Below, piece after piece: positions 52,031-64,000 of a stretch of DNA of 64,000 nt. How positions within the stretch are numbered: the first letter of the stretch is position 1; every line of letters begins with the position of its first letter. The DNA comes from Laetmonice hystrix (taxonomy: Eukaryota). The position numbers and the translations under genes are program-made. A model generated the notes under the pieces. That model was not told where the DNA came from, made no database searches, and saw only the letters and a program-made list of their open reading frames with translations. The stretch covers positions 28,460,001 to 28,524,000 of the forward strand of contig OZ249436.1 in NCBI GenBank assembly GCA_965235115.1, in the 5' to 3' direction.

Positions 52031-53659
52031 CGACTTAAGGCTTCCTAACCTGCGAGTTTATCACTACAACCAACCAGCACACCTGGACTATAAACAACAG
52101 CTGACATTGGATGCATGGCACAGGTTTTATTACCTAGGCTGTGGCCGCTGATGGCCGGCAGGCGGGCGGGCGACGCCTAGCAGTCAGTTGGAATGTGCTT
52201 GGCACCGGAGCCAGATGCGTTGACCATCAGATGCGGGAAGCGTCACCTAGGAACACAGACATCTCACCTGGATGTTTGCACCCGTGGAGAACAACAAGAT
52301 CACGGTCACTACTCATAAATCCGAGGCATTGTTGTGGGCGTGCATGCATGGAATCGTTGCGTGATTCTGTGGGTACCCGATACGGCACGGATGGCCGGGT
52401 TGTTTGTGTGTGTTGAGTTATACGGTGTGTTTGAAAGGAAGGCCATGGGAAGATTGCCAGCGTGCACAATGCCGAGGTGGGTTAGGTGCCTGTATGGTAA
52501 CTAACCTCGTCTTCTGACAAACAATGGCCGGCACCTGTTGACATGTTCACCTCATCACCCTGTATCATTCGTCTCCCACAAACCTGATCGTTGTTACAAC
52601 GATAAACGTATCATTAGATAATTGTTTCGTGGCTACATATCAATATGGGCTACACATACTGTAGAGTAATGGTATGCGTATTGCCAAGATACACATCTTG
52701 ATGTGGATCGCATCGGTGAATGAATTGCGCCTGTTTTGAATCCGTCCCCGAGTGAAAGCTTTACCTGGAATGCTGAGGACCAAGACCGAGATGTCTGTCA
52801 GGACGCAAAACCTTTTCTTGGTGTGAAAGGGCGAGTTTTCCAGGTTTCTCTCAAAGTAAGTATTAATACCTCATGTACTTGTGTTCGTAATTAAGTGTAA
52901 TTATCAAAATTATAAACTTTCAAAAGTCGGCAGGTGTACAACACAGACTTCGAAATGAATATTTCTGAAAAATGAAAAACGCCTTTTTTTGCTACTAGCA
53001 ATTAGCCGTATAAGAATGAACTCTTCTGTTGTCATCAGCTAGACACAGATGAAGGAGTGTGATGGATTGGTATGGAAATTAAGTCTGTAGTATGGGAAAT
53101 GGCTTACTCTGGCTGTCATGTAACTCGTAAGTGACAATCAGGTAGGAGGGTAGCAAGTAGAGAATGAACCAATCAACTGAAAGGTTTGATTCTCATCCTT
53201 CCCCAAGGTTTTCATTATGGACGAGGGGGAGGAGGAGGTGCAGTCATATTCTGGGACGGGTCTTGTATTGTTGGCATCGGATTAGGACGGTTTGGGCGTC
53301 TCACGGCAGTCTTTTCTGGCGATATTTATTAGCGATAATAGCTTCGTGTGGTGGAAATTCATAAAACGGATAATTAATCAACGTGATTAATTATCTGGGT
53401 GTCGGTAAAGGCCGTCCTCATATTCCGTGTAAGCACAACAATCTTTGCTAACCCTACTCGGCTAATTACGTCTAATTCTATGATACACTATTACACAGGG
53501 TACCGTCGGTTTGTTACAAGTCGGTGCGGATACCTTGTTAAACAACAAAAACTGAAGTCCCTCGGTTTTTCCTCCGGTAGTTCTCTTGTGTTATATTCAG
53601 AAATATGATGAGGAAGGCGGATTTCGATGTGGAGTGTTGGATGTTGAGTAGCCTTTAAA

Positions 53660-54251
53660 TCATAGTAGTATATGTAAAGTGGAGTAAGAACTCATAGTAT
53701 ATATGTAAAGTGGGATAAGAAGAACTCATAGTAGTATGTGTAAAGTGGGATAAGAAGAACTCATAGTAGTATATGTAAAGTGGGATAAGAAGAACTCGTA
53801 GTTGAATAAGAACTCATAGTAGTATATGTAAAGTGGAATAAGAACTCATAGTAGTATATATGTGGGTGGGTGGGTATTTGGGGTTTTACGCCTTGCAACA
53901 GCCAGGGTCATATCACGGCGGTGAAGATGATGATGAAAGTCAGTTTTTCTTGGTGGAGGAAACCGGAGTGCCCGAAGGAAACCACCGACCTTCGGGAAGG
54001 AACAGACTGACAAACCTTTCACACATGCAGCCCTGGCCGGGGATCGAACCCGGACCGCAGCGGTGTGAGGCGATGGTCCTAGGTGTCATGAGCCAGCACC
54101 TTTGACCACTCGGCCACCCGAGGCCCCGTAGTATATATGTAAAGTTGAATAAGAACTCATAGTAGTATATGTAAGGTGTGATAAGAAATCATAGTAGTAT
54201 ATGTAAAGTGGAATAAGAATTCATAGTAGTATATGTAAAGTAGAATAAGAA
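53660..54251. repeat. Minisatellite, ~34-37-bp unit, interrupted by a SINE
   Basis: AAGAACTCATAGTAGTATATGTAAAGTGG.AT repeated on both sides of the SINE. Confidence 0.9.
53864..54127 (-). mobile_element. tRNA-derived SINE, copy 3 (more diverged variant)
   Basis: Same head, core and tail. 13-bp TSD GTAGTATATATGT at 53851-53863 and 54128-54140. Confidence 0.9.
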
Positions 54252-55779
54252 GCAGGCTGCTTCACTACTTGCCCGCCCAGGCCTCAAACTGCTAGGGGCG
54301 TTCCGTTTGATGGTAACGTAGTTAGGGTATGATTTTTCCGGGTACGTAGCACAGATATAACAGTATGCTCAACCTGAGTACGAACCCAGGCATGATCTTC
54401 TGATTCAACATCTAATTATGAGCCTCACTGAACCGCACCTGGGTACATGCACATTGTGAAGATATCCTGGTCGTGTAGAGTTCAGGCAGAATGGTTGCTT
54501 CCCTAATCCATTTGGTCGGTAGGAGGGAAAACATCTCCAGCATTCATGGGTCGCCGTGCTCGCTACAAACAAATGTAAAATCGTAGCAATAAGAGGCGGG
54601 ATTAGTTCAGGATTCTGGAACGTTTTTTTCGGTATTGACAATCCAGTTTGAGGTCCAACCTCATTATTATCATTTTATTCAGTTCTTGGCGAATGAGGAA
54701 CACAACCTCAAAAAATACTAGCCAGTGGTTGTTTTCCAAACGTGATTGATCTTTTTAATAACGCTTTTGGTAATTCTATTGACCACCCTGAACCGTTTCT
54801 ATCAGACAGACAGAGGTCACCTTCAAAGGTTGTACGTGTGTGTGTAATATAGTATAGGCCTAGATAGAAAGGAACATCATACGCCGAGGACAGGCACCGA
54901 GCTGGTCAGAGGGTGTATGGAGGATACATCCGTATACTGCACAGGCTTGTTACATTTCGGGTTGACGTATAGGAGTTTTACATTTTCTGTCGGTCGTATT
55001 TTGAAAAGACCCATTCTCACGAATCGTGGCTTACTGTGAGGCTTAATCTTATCCAGCCTCATGTCTCCATACTGAGGAGGCCATGATGTAGCCGTGCCTC
55101 AATATCCATACCTCCCAGTGGGGCTGTATTCTCACCACGGGCCCTGCTGCCCTTAACGACTGCCAGATGCGAAATATACAGTCACCAGCCTTTTAAGAAA
55201 TGTAGGAATGTTACTTTGTGATGTTTTAGATGTATGAATTAGGTGGTGGTTTAATTATCGACATAAGAATCACCAGGGCTGCAAGGTTAGTAGTAACTTA
55301 TTTTATGCCAGGCTGGTCTTTTGATTATTTTGAAAGTGTAGCGTATTAGACTTTGGTCTTACTCTCACCGTCTGTGTATGTGACATGTGCCGTAATAGCT
55401 TTCGAGGCAGACACTTTTTGCGTGATACTAAACCATTACATAGTCGACTTGCCGTTAACATTGTTGGGGCCCGCCTATGCATGTTTTGTCAAGGGACGCC
55501 TGGGACTTTATGAATAGTATTGGATTGACAAAAATTCTGTCAAAATTTGATCCGTGGATTGGTCGGATTAATGTGATATATAATGGATCGAGATCACTCG
55601 CTCTCCAAGATTAAAGGTGCGTGTGTGAGAGAGAGGAAAGTTGAAGATTGAAGATTGTAGGTTTAGAATTGTCTGAACGAATACGGAGAGGTATAGCGTT
55701 GTAGGAATGAGTTTTGCAAACGTCCACATACATTCATCACTTAGGTCCCATCATGTAGGTCAGTAGTCTTGTGCAGACG

Positions 55780-56770
55780 TGACCTGGAACACTTTGAATA
55801 CATGGCCCAAGGCTCTTCGGCTCTGTACATGACTTTGTATCTATATACATGACGTGGAACACTTTGAATACATGGCCCAAGGCTCTTCGGCTCTGTACAT
55901 GACTTTGTATCTATATACATGACGTGGAACACTTTGAATACATGGCCTCGGGCACTTCGGCTCTGTACATGACTTTGTGTCTATATACATGACGTGGAAC
56001 ACTTTGAATACATGGCCCAAGGCTCTTCGGCTCTGTACATGACTTTGTATCTATATACATGACGTGGAACACTTTGAATACATGGCCCAAGGCTCTTCGG
56101 CTCTGTACATGACTTTGTATCTATATACATGACGTGGAACACTTTGAATACATGGCCTCGGGCACTTCGGCTCTGTACATGACTTTGTATCTATATACAT
56201 GACGTGGAACACTTTGAATACATGGCCCAAGGCTCTTCGGCTCTGTACATGACTTTGTATCTATATACATGACGTGGAACACTTTGAATACATGGCCTCG
56301 GGCACTTCGGCTCTGTACATGACTTTGTATCTCTATACATGACCGGGGACACTTTGAATACATGGCCCAAGGCTCTTCGGCTCTGTACGTGACTTTGTAT
56401 CTATATACATGACGTGGAACACTTTGAATACATGGCCTCGGGCACTTCGGCTCTGTACATGACTATGTATCTCTATACATGACCTGGAACACTTTGAATA
56501 CATGGCCCAAGGCTCTTCGGCTCTGTACGTGACTTTGTATCTCTATACATGACCTGGAACACTTTGAATACATGGCCCAAGGCTCTTCGGCTCTGTACGT
56601 GACTTTGTATCTCTATACATGACCTGGAACACTTTGAATACATGGCCTAGGGCACTTTATCTCTAAACATGACCTGGAGCAGTTTCAATACATGGCCTAG
56701 GGCACTTCGGCTCTGTACATGACTTTGTATCTCTATGACCTGGGGCACTTTGAATACATGGCATAGGACA
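55780..56770. repeat. Minisatellite, 70-bp unit x ~13
   Basis: CATGACGTGGAACACTTTGAATACATGGCC....CTTCGGCTCTGTACATGACTTTGTATCTATATA with period 70. Decays at the right end. Confidence 0.96.
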
Positions 56771-57872
56771 CTTTGGATCCCTGCGTAACTTGGAGGACTT
56801 TGGCCCTGAGGCAGTTTTGATCTGTACGTGACCTAGGGCACTTTGGCCCTACAGTTTCCATGGGCACTTTATATCTAACCGTGTCCTGAGGCAGTTTTAA
56901 TATATACGTGACGTGGGGAAATTCCCCATGATAACTTCCCCACAAAACTTTTAGGCAGGGGTTCGGGTTAAGGTCAAGGATAGGGATAGTTATCACGGGT
57001 GATGTCCCTTTTCTTTGACCTACACATAATCTGGGCCGTCTTGAATTTATCATCCGGTCACTTTGAGCCAACACGTGACCTTGACAATGCTGAACCTGTG
57101 TGTGACATGAACTTAGAATTTCACACGTGATTTTTGACCACTTAGAGTCTGCCCATGACCTAGGGCACATCTTTGTGTGCAGTAGGTAGGACGGGGTTCT
57201 CTAGGAAGAGAGGGATTTATATGCTATAAATAATCTTGCAGCAAAATAGCAGGCTCTTGGGAGATTATCCCTTGATCTACCTGTCTTTGTAAGATTATAG
57301 CGGTCACGGCATCAAGGCAGTTTCAAAGGTCGCTGCCGTTGCCTCCCGTCTCCCGTTTCCAGTCCAAGGTTTGTTTTCCCGAATCGACACAGTCTGTCTT
57401 GAATGTTGTGACTTTCATGTCTGCGTCCACTGGGGCCTACCGAACGTTATCAACAGTTGGCGTCTGCTGAGTTCTATAACGAAGACGTGAACACTCGAAA
57501 TAGAACCGGGCCAAACCAATTATCTGCCGCTTGATTGAATGTTGTACTTTTTTGGAAGCAGACAAATAGTAGCTCGTTGCTTAACGTTGGAGCCGCAAAT
57601 GAGACTGAAAATTGCATTTTAAATGTTTCTGGTGGTTCCAAATGCCCTGGGATGTTTGTCAGAAATCTTATCTAGCGTTGTGTTTCCGGTGTGGAAACAG
57701 GGAATAATGCAATATTCCAGGACGATTAGCTGGGGGTTGGAACGTGTGCTCAAATTGTGATTAAATTTTCAACAACTGCAATTTCCTCATGAAGAGAACC
57801 AGACTCGTTCAGTCAAGCCCGACCCATCTCCCAGTGAATGACACGGCCTATATTGGTTCAGGAAGCAGGTGT

Positions 57873-59400
57873 TATCACCCCACTGAGAGGGTTTACACAG
57901 CCAACTAATCACAACACAGTCCAACCAGTCACATAACCCTGATATATCGGTCACACTGGTATCAACCCACTGAGAGGGTTTACACAGCCAACTAATCACA
58001 ACACAGTCCAACCAGTCACATAACCCTGATATATCGGTCACACCGGTATCACCCCACTGAGAGGGTTTACACAGCCAACTAATCACACCACAATCCAACC
58101 AGTCACATAACCCTGATATATCGGTCACACCGGTATCACCCCACTGAGAGGGTTTACACAGCCAACTAATCACAACACAGTCCAACAAGTCACATAACTC
58201 TGATATATCGGTCACACCGATATCAACCCACTGAGAGGGTTTACACAGCCAACTAATCACAACACAGTCCAACCAGTCACATAACCCTCATATATCGGTC
58301 ACACCGCTATCAACCCACTGAGAGGGTTTACACAGCCAACTAATCACAACAGAGTCCAACCAGTCACATAACCCTGATATATCGGTCACACCGGTATCAC
58401 CCCACTGAGAGGGTTTACACAGCCAACTAATCACAACACAGTCCAACCAGTCACATAACCCTGATATATCGGTCACACCGGTATCACCCCACTGAGAGGG
58501 TTTACACAGCCAACTAATCACAACACAGTCCAACCAGTCACATAACCCTCATATATCGGTCACACCGGTATCAACCCACTGAGAGGGTTTACACAGCCAA
58601 CTAATCACAACACAGTCCAACCAGTCACATAACCCTGATCTATCGGTCACACCGGTATCACCCCACTGAGAGGGTTTACACAACCAACCAATCACAACAC
58701 AGACCAACCAGTCACATAACCCTCATATATCGGTCACACCGGTATCAACCCACTGAGAGGGTTTACACAGCCAACTAATCACAACACAGTCCGACCAGTC
58801 ACATAACCCTGATCTATCGGTCACACCGGTATCACCCCACTGAGAGGGTTTACACAACCAACCAATCACAACACAGACCAACCAGTCACATAACCCTCAT
58901 ATATCGGTCACACCGGTATCAACCCACTGAGAGGGTTTACACAGCCAACTAATCACAACACAGACCAACCAGTCACATAACCCTCATATATCGGTCACAC
59001 CGGTATCAACCCACTGAGAGGGTTTACACAGCCAACTAATCACAACACAGTTCAACCAGTCACATAACCCTGATATATCGGTCACACCGGTATCAACCCA
59101 CTGAGAGGGTTTACACAGCCAACTAATCACAACACAGTCCAACCAGTCACATAACCCTGATATATCGGTCACACCGGTATCACCCCATTGAGAGGGTTTA
59201 CACAGCCAACTAATCACAACACAGTCCAACCAGTCACATAACCCTGATATATCGGTCACACCGGTATCACCCCACTGAGAGGGTTTACACAGCCAACCAA
59301 TCACAACACAGTCCAACCAGTCACATAACCCTCATATATCCAGTCAATCGGTCACACCGGTATCACCCCACTGAGAGGGTTTACAAAGTCAACTAGTCAC
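57873..59400. repeat. Minisatellite, 87-bp unit x ~17
   Basis: CCACTGAGAGGGTTTACACAGCCAACTAATCACAACACAGTCCAACCAGTCACATAACCCT... repeated. Shorter related degenerate units continue to ~59580. Confidence 0.97.
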
Positions 59401-61423
59401 ATCACCCCATTGACAGAGTTGAATCGAGTCAACCAGTCACATCACCCTTCTGAAAGGGTTTAATCCAGTCAGTCAGTCACATCACCCCTAGTGACAGGGT
59501 TTAATCCAGTCAACCAGTCACAACAGGGTTTAATCCAGTCTATCGGTCACATCACCCCACTGACAGGGTTGTCACCCCCTGCAGTAACGAAGTTTTCACC
59601 AGGCCGACCGAACACTTTGCCCTCGACGTTCAGGACCTGTCTGAGTGCCCTCCTTGAACCCCAACCACCACCCCACTCACTGCCGTCACTCGGAGCACTG
59701 CACCACCTCATCAGTGAATGTGCCGAGATCAGTGAGGCTCAAGGACCAATTGGTACGGCCGGTAAATGGTGACCAGCTACCGTTCAGAGTGCCCGGTCCC
59801 TCACAGAAAAATCACCCTCACTGAACCACATCAAGGCACACAACCCAGACTGCCAAGGCAACTCTTGCTGGACAAGGCAGTCAATGGAGAATTTTTACCT
59901 TGGCCTTTCTAGACGTGGGAAAACCAAACACATGTATTCGGGATTATATATACTGAGATTTTTACTGTACTGAGCCAGGTTGATAATTACACATTTTGAC
60001 AGTTTTGTTCAGATCGATGCGGGGCGATTTGCCCTACACTATAGAACGTTTGTCTCAAACGGAGGCAACGGACTAAAGTCGTGCAACCGAAATGAATCAA
60101 GAATCGCTGCTGCAGGACAGTTAGATTAACAATGTATTTGATGTTGGACTTCACGTTATTTTTTTACGTTGGACAATATCAGTTTAGCAATGCTAGGTTA
60201 AAGGTCTTCCATTTGATCATGATTAGTCGGTGCAATACAAAACGACTACTTCGACTATTTTTGTTAAACTGGACATTAAGTGATTTTATATGTTTTGACA
60301 GATTTCTCTACATTGTTTATTATCGCCACTTTGTGACGTGATGCACTCATTTTGTTTATTACGAACAAAACAGATTTAGGTGTAAGCAATCTATCAAATT
60401 GGAAGGCAGCCAGTCAGTCATCATTATACCGATAAAATAATGATGAATCGAGAAATAATCACATCATATCTTATTATGAGATCACCTGTCGACTGTTAAT
60501 TTAAAGGTGAGCAGCCTTTGGTGTAATTAGTGGTTGTAGATTTTAATTACTGATTAGCTTATTAGAGCCTAATTATTGGCGACCATCGTATCTTCTCATC
60601 TGAGGTATTCACTGGGTTTCGTGATTGTGTATTTTTAAAAATGAGTTTTTTCGTTCATTCATTTCATTTTACAGAGTTTATTACTCATTTTTAGGAGAAA
60701 TCTGCGTACAAAGTAAAGAAGATGCCGGAAGTACATTGTATATAAGTGTACCGCTGGGAGCTGAACTTGTCTGGGAATCGTCTCACTGACCGGAGGCTGA
60801 ATGTGCTCTCTGGCCTTCAAACACTTCCATTCTGTTGTCTCGGCTCATGCAGCATTCATGCAATGTTTAAAAAGAGTGCCCGACCCAGCAAGTGCCTGGA
60901 GCCGTTATATTAGATTGCTCCAGCGGAGGCTCACGCGTGATTAGCAGTAACTAAGAACCCAGGTTTGGTGTTGCTGGCTGGATGCTAGCCTGTGGGAGGT
61001 GTATGTTGGACGTCGTGTCTGGGGTAGTTAGACAGTGTCTGGCATTGTGGACGAGCGCCCTTCAATAACAACGCTATCACTGCAGGTCGACGTCCTTTAA
61101 ACAATACGGACACCTGAAGGGACGGTCGACCTTTATGGCTCGTACATGTGGGATACGTAGAAGGGTTGAATAGAAAGGATGCCCCAAGAGGCAGGTCATA
61201 CAGTGTGAGTGCAAGATTGCCTGTATCGTTGGGTTGTAATCTCAGATTAAGATAGAAAGATTATCTGTACGAGAACGTACCCACCTGTCAGTCTGTCAGC
61301 CCCTTCTGTCAGGGCATGATTTAACCTGGTAGCGTGTCTCGCTACTGACATGCTAGGATCCTACCATCCAAACTATTTTTGTTCCATATCTAAATAAGAA
61401 ACTAACATTATTTACGCAATCGC

Positions 61424-61880
61424 TTTTTGGCCCCCAACACAAAGGGGCGGGGGCTTCTAATTTACCCTCAGTCCATACATTCGTCGCGCCGTCCGTACGT
61501 CCATAGACAGTAATCTCTCAGAGGTGTATTAGTCAAATTGTATGAAACTTTACACAGTGATCAGGGACGGTCTCAGGATGATGCACATCAAATAGATTTT
61601 TGATATTCAAAATGGCTGCTTGGGGACCATCTTGGACGTAAAGACATTTTGAAGCAATAAATCAGTCAAAACTGGATTTCTTTGAAACTTGGTTCAGAAA
61701 GTAAGTATATGAGGGGCAACATGCATGCCAATAGGCCTATGTTTTATGTTCAGATCGTATAAGGGGATATCGCGGCCACATTTGTTTTTGACACCCGGCC
61801 CCGTGCCACTATTTTATAATAATGTTACTATTGTTGACAGATATGAAGTGAAATATTTCCTTTCGTTTGACATCATGTCA
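61424..61880 (+). mobile_element. HINE-like element, partial copy
   Basis: TTTTTGGCCCCCAACACAAAGGGGCGGGGCTTCTAATT start, matching the 41447 copy. Confidence 0.65.
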
Positions 61881-62835
61881 TCATTGCTTCGTGTCATCTT
61901 GTCGTGTAATATGACTTTGGTACGTTTCCCGGTTCTGGCAGGTCACCGAAAGCATTGTCTTAGCTTCAGGCTCTTGGGCTGAGGTCCCCAACTTTATAAC
62001 TTTGCATTCCTATTCAAGTACTACCGAGCCTCATACATATTTTGTTAAAACCCTTCGGATAAAATACACTCCTCTGTAAGACCTCTCGGTAGTGTTTTAC
62101 TCTGGACGCAGTGGGTTCAGGATGGTCTTACTTTAATTATTCATCCAGGATATTTCGCCAGAAGGAAACAGTCTGCCCTCTCAGCTGTACGGAATAGATC
62201 TGAACAAATTCCACCAAAATGAAGGCGCGTGTCTCCTGTGGTCTTCCTTAGATTGCCAGACTTGCCTTCCTTCCTCAGGCCCTCCACTGAAAGGGACGGC
62301 CCGTAGGGTACCGTGTTAGGAGGATAGACCACGATAATCACTCAGATAGAAACTCTACATGTGTCACACTTCAAGTTCTTCCCATGAGGCCAACCAGGCA
62401 AGTGCGAGTAGATGTCTATAATGCGTAAGGTAAAGGATGCCTAGAGAGGCATAATTACCAGAGGAGGTCTTCTGCAAGTTTTACTGCCCCACCCACACAG
62501 TTAAGGCCATGGGAAAGTCTACTGTGGTTTTTGGGGCGGTAAAATCTCTGGTGTACTTGCTGTCTGCCGATGGCGAGCCAACTAAAGCTCGGACGTAATG
62601 TAGTGGCGATTGACCATAGGATTATTTCTCTATAGTCAAGGCAATATCGACAGCTTTCCCGCTTATGGGAATTGGCAGGCTTGTCCGTTGAAGAAAGGCG
62701 TAACTAATTGCCACTTTGTATCAGCAGAACTGTGGTAAATGGATTGTAATTTGAAGGGGGTTGTCACCCTAAGTATTACAATTATGGCGAGGCTGATGGC
62801 GAGGGTGTTAACGAGGGTGGTGTTGAGTAAATTAT

Positions 62836-62927
62836 GACAACCCTATAATGGCAGCACTGAATTGACCGTGACGTATACGTCGACAACCCTATAATGGCAG
62901 CACTGAATTGACCGTGACGTATACGTC
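62836..62927. repeat. Perfect 46-bp tandem duplication
   Basis: GACAACCCTATAATGGCAGCACTGAATTGACCGTGACGTATACGTC x2. Confidence 0.95.
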
Positions 62928-64000
62928 AGGTTTCCATAACGGAATCTTGGCGTGAAATCTTAGCTGTAGATGAGATTTCTGGAAACCAGTTCCAGGACTT
63001 AATGCTGACAAAGTGATTTGTGGTTTGCCGGTATGCATATCGTTTTCTTTTGTTTTACACGTAAAGTGTACTGAGGTAATTTTCCTTTTTATAAAGTCGT
63101 CTTTCAGACCAGCAGACAGGTGCCGGTAGGCATGGAATCAATCAATAAAGTTTGCGGTAAAATTCTTTACCACGATTCGTTCATTTACAGCCTTACGTGT
63201 CGTGTACAAAGGCAAAGCCATCAGAAAAGAATGTGAAAAATATCGGCTGCTGGGGGTTCAGACTTATCATTATTCATAATTTGATATGATTAGGCTGATT
63301 ATGACTAATCCATTAGCATCAGCAGCTGCGGATTATTTTGTAGTACTAATGAATGTTTAAATAATGATATCGCCAGTGTCAAGGTACAAAGATTCCTGAG
63401 TTGTCGAATTCATTCAGAGATGGTTTAAATCCTGTCCCTAATCATACATTAATTCATTCATTAATTACCAATTATAAAGGTTGTCAGTAGTTAGGTATAC
63501 CTATAGCAACTTTTCATCCCCGCGACTGTCTACTAGAAATAGCACTTTTCTAAACGCCGAGGAAGCGCAGTCAAGTATTCGCTATTTTGTTGGGCGAATT
63601 CTTTTCTGCAATAGACCGATAAATGTTTCATAATGTATAGGCCGCGAAAAGTTAAATCATGCCCTGAAAACAAGGACATTATAAAGCGTTATGCACTGTT
63701 AGCGACCCGGTCCGATTGCTACAGCATTGTTTCTAGATACAGAAGTATGTTTAAATAAATGGCATGACGGCCAGGAGCATGGTGTATTATGCCCTCGGCT
63801 CCGCCTGGGGCATGTGATCACGACAGAACACATTTTTGGTCCCGTGCAATATCCATGAATAAGAGTGAGGACAGGAAAATATGAAGGAAAGTATGATAAG
63901 CCGTATCATTCCGATACCAGTGAGGGTAAAGATTGTAATCTCGTAAACAGACATTTGGTAATTTATTGTTACGTCCCGTGGTGTCACTCGGGGCGTTCTG

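Noticed and set aside
57787..59316. Cys/Trp-rich 29-aa repeat ORFs
   Set aside because: Translation of the 87-bp array; stop codons come and go with unit variants.
25487..59400. CRISPR-like regularly spaced repeats
   Set aside because: Units are contiguous with no unique spacers, there are no cas genes, and the context is eukaryotic.

Overview
Animal (probably mollusc/lophotrochozoan-type) nuclear DNA, not prokaryotic. No intact protein-coding gene is visible. The window reads as intronic/intergenic sequence, possibly long introns of a + strand gene, with one good candidate exon at 15106-15178. It is packed with transposon relics and about a dozen unrelated minisatellite arrays. Best-supported elements: a 5.6-kb Academ-type DNA transposon derivative (43566-49175; ~0.9-kb near-identical TIRs, 3-bp TSD, transposase C-terminal relics, several nested insertions); a truncated Harbinger transposase whose 5' coding region has been amplified into a satellite; three young tRNA-derived SINE copies with 12-13 bp TSDs; Helentron-associated (HINE-like) elements; piggyBac/TTAA and other MITEs; and degenerate Penelope-, Gypsy- and L1-like remnants. 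Most interesting signals: a consensus recursive-splicing-type site (polypyrimidine-CAG|GTAAGT) with a 57-nt stop-containing RS-exon at 36758-36814, a near-perfect 135-bp hairpin just downstream of it, and arrays of RFX X-box motifs inside the Academ TIRs. Most long ORFs in the supplied track are artefacts of tandem repeats. All family assignments are by eye; no database search was run.
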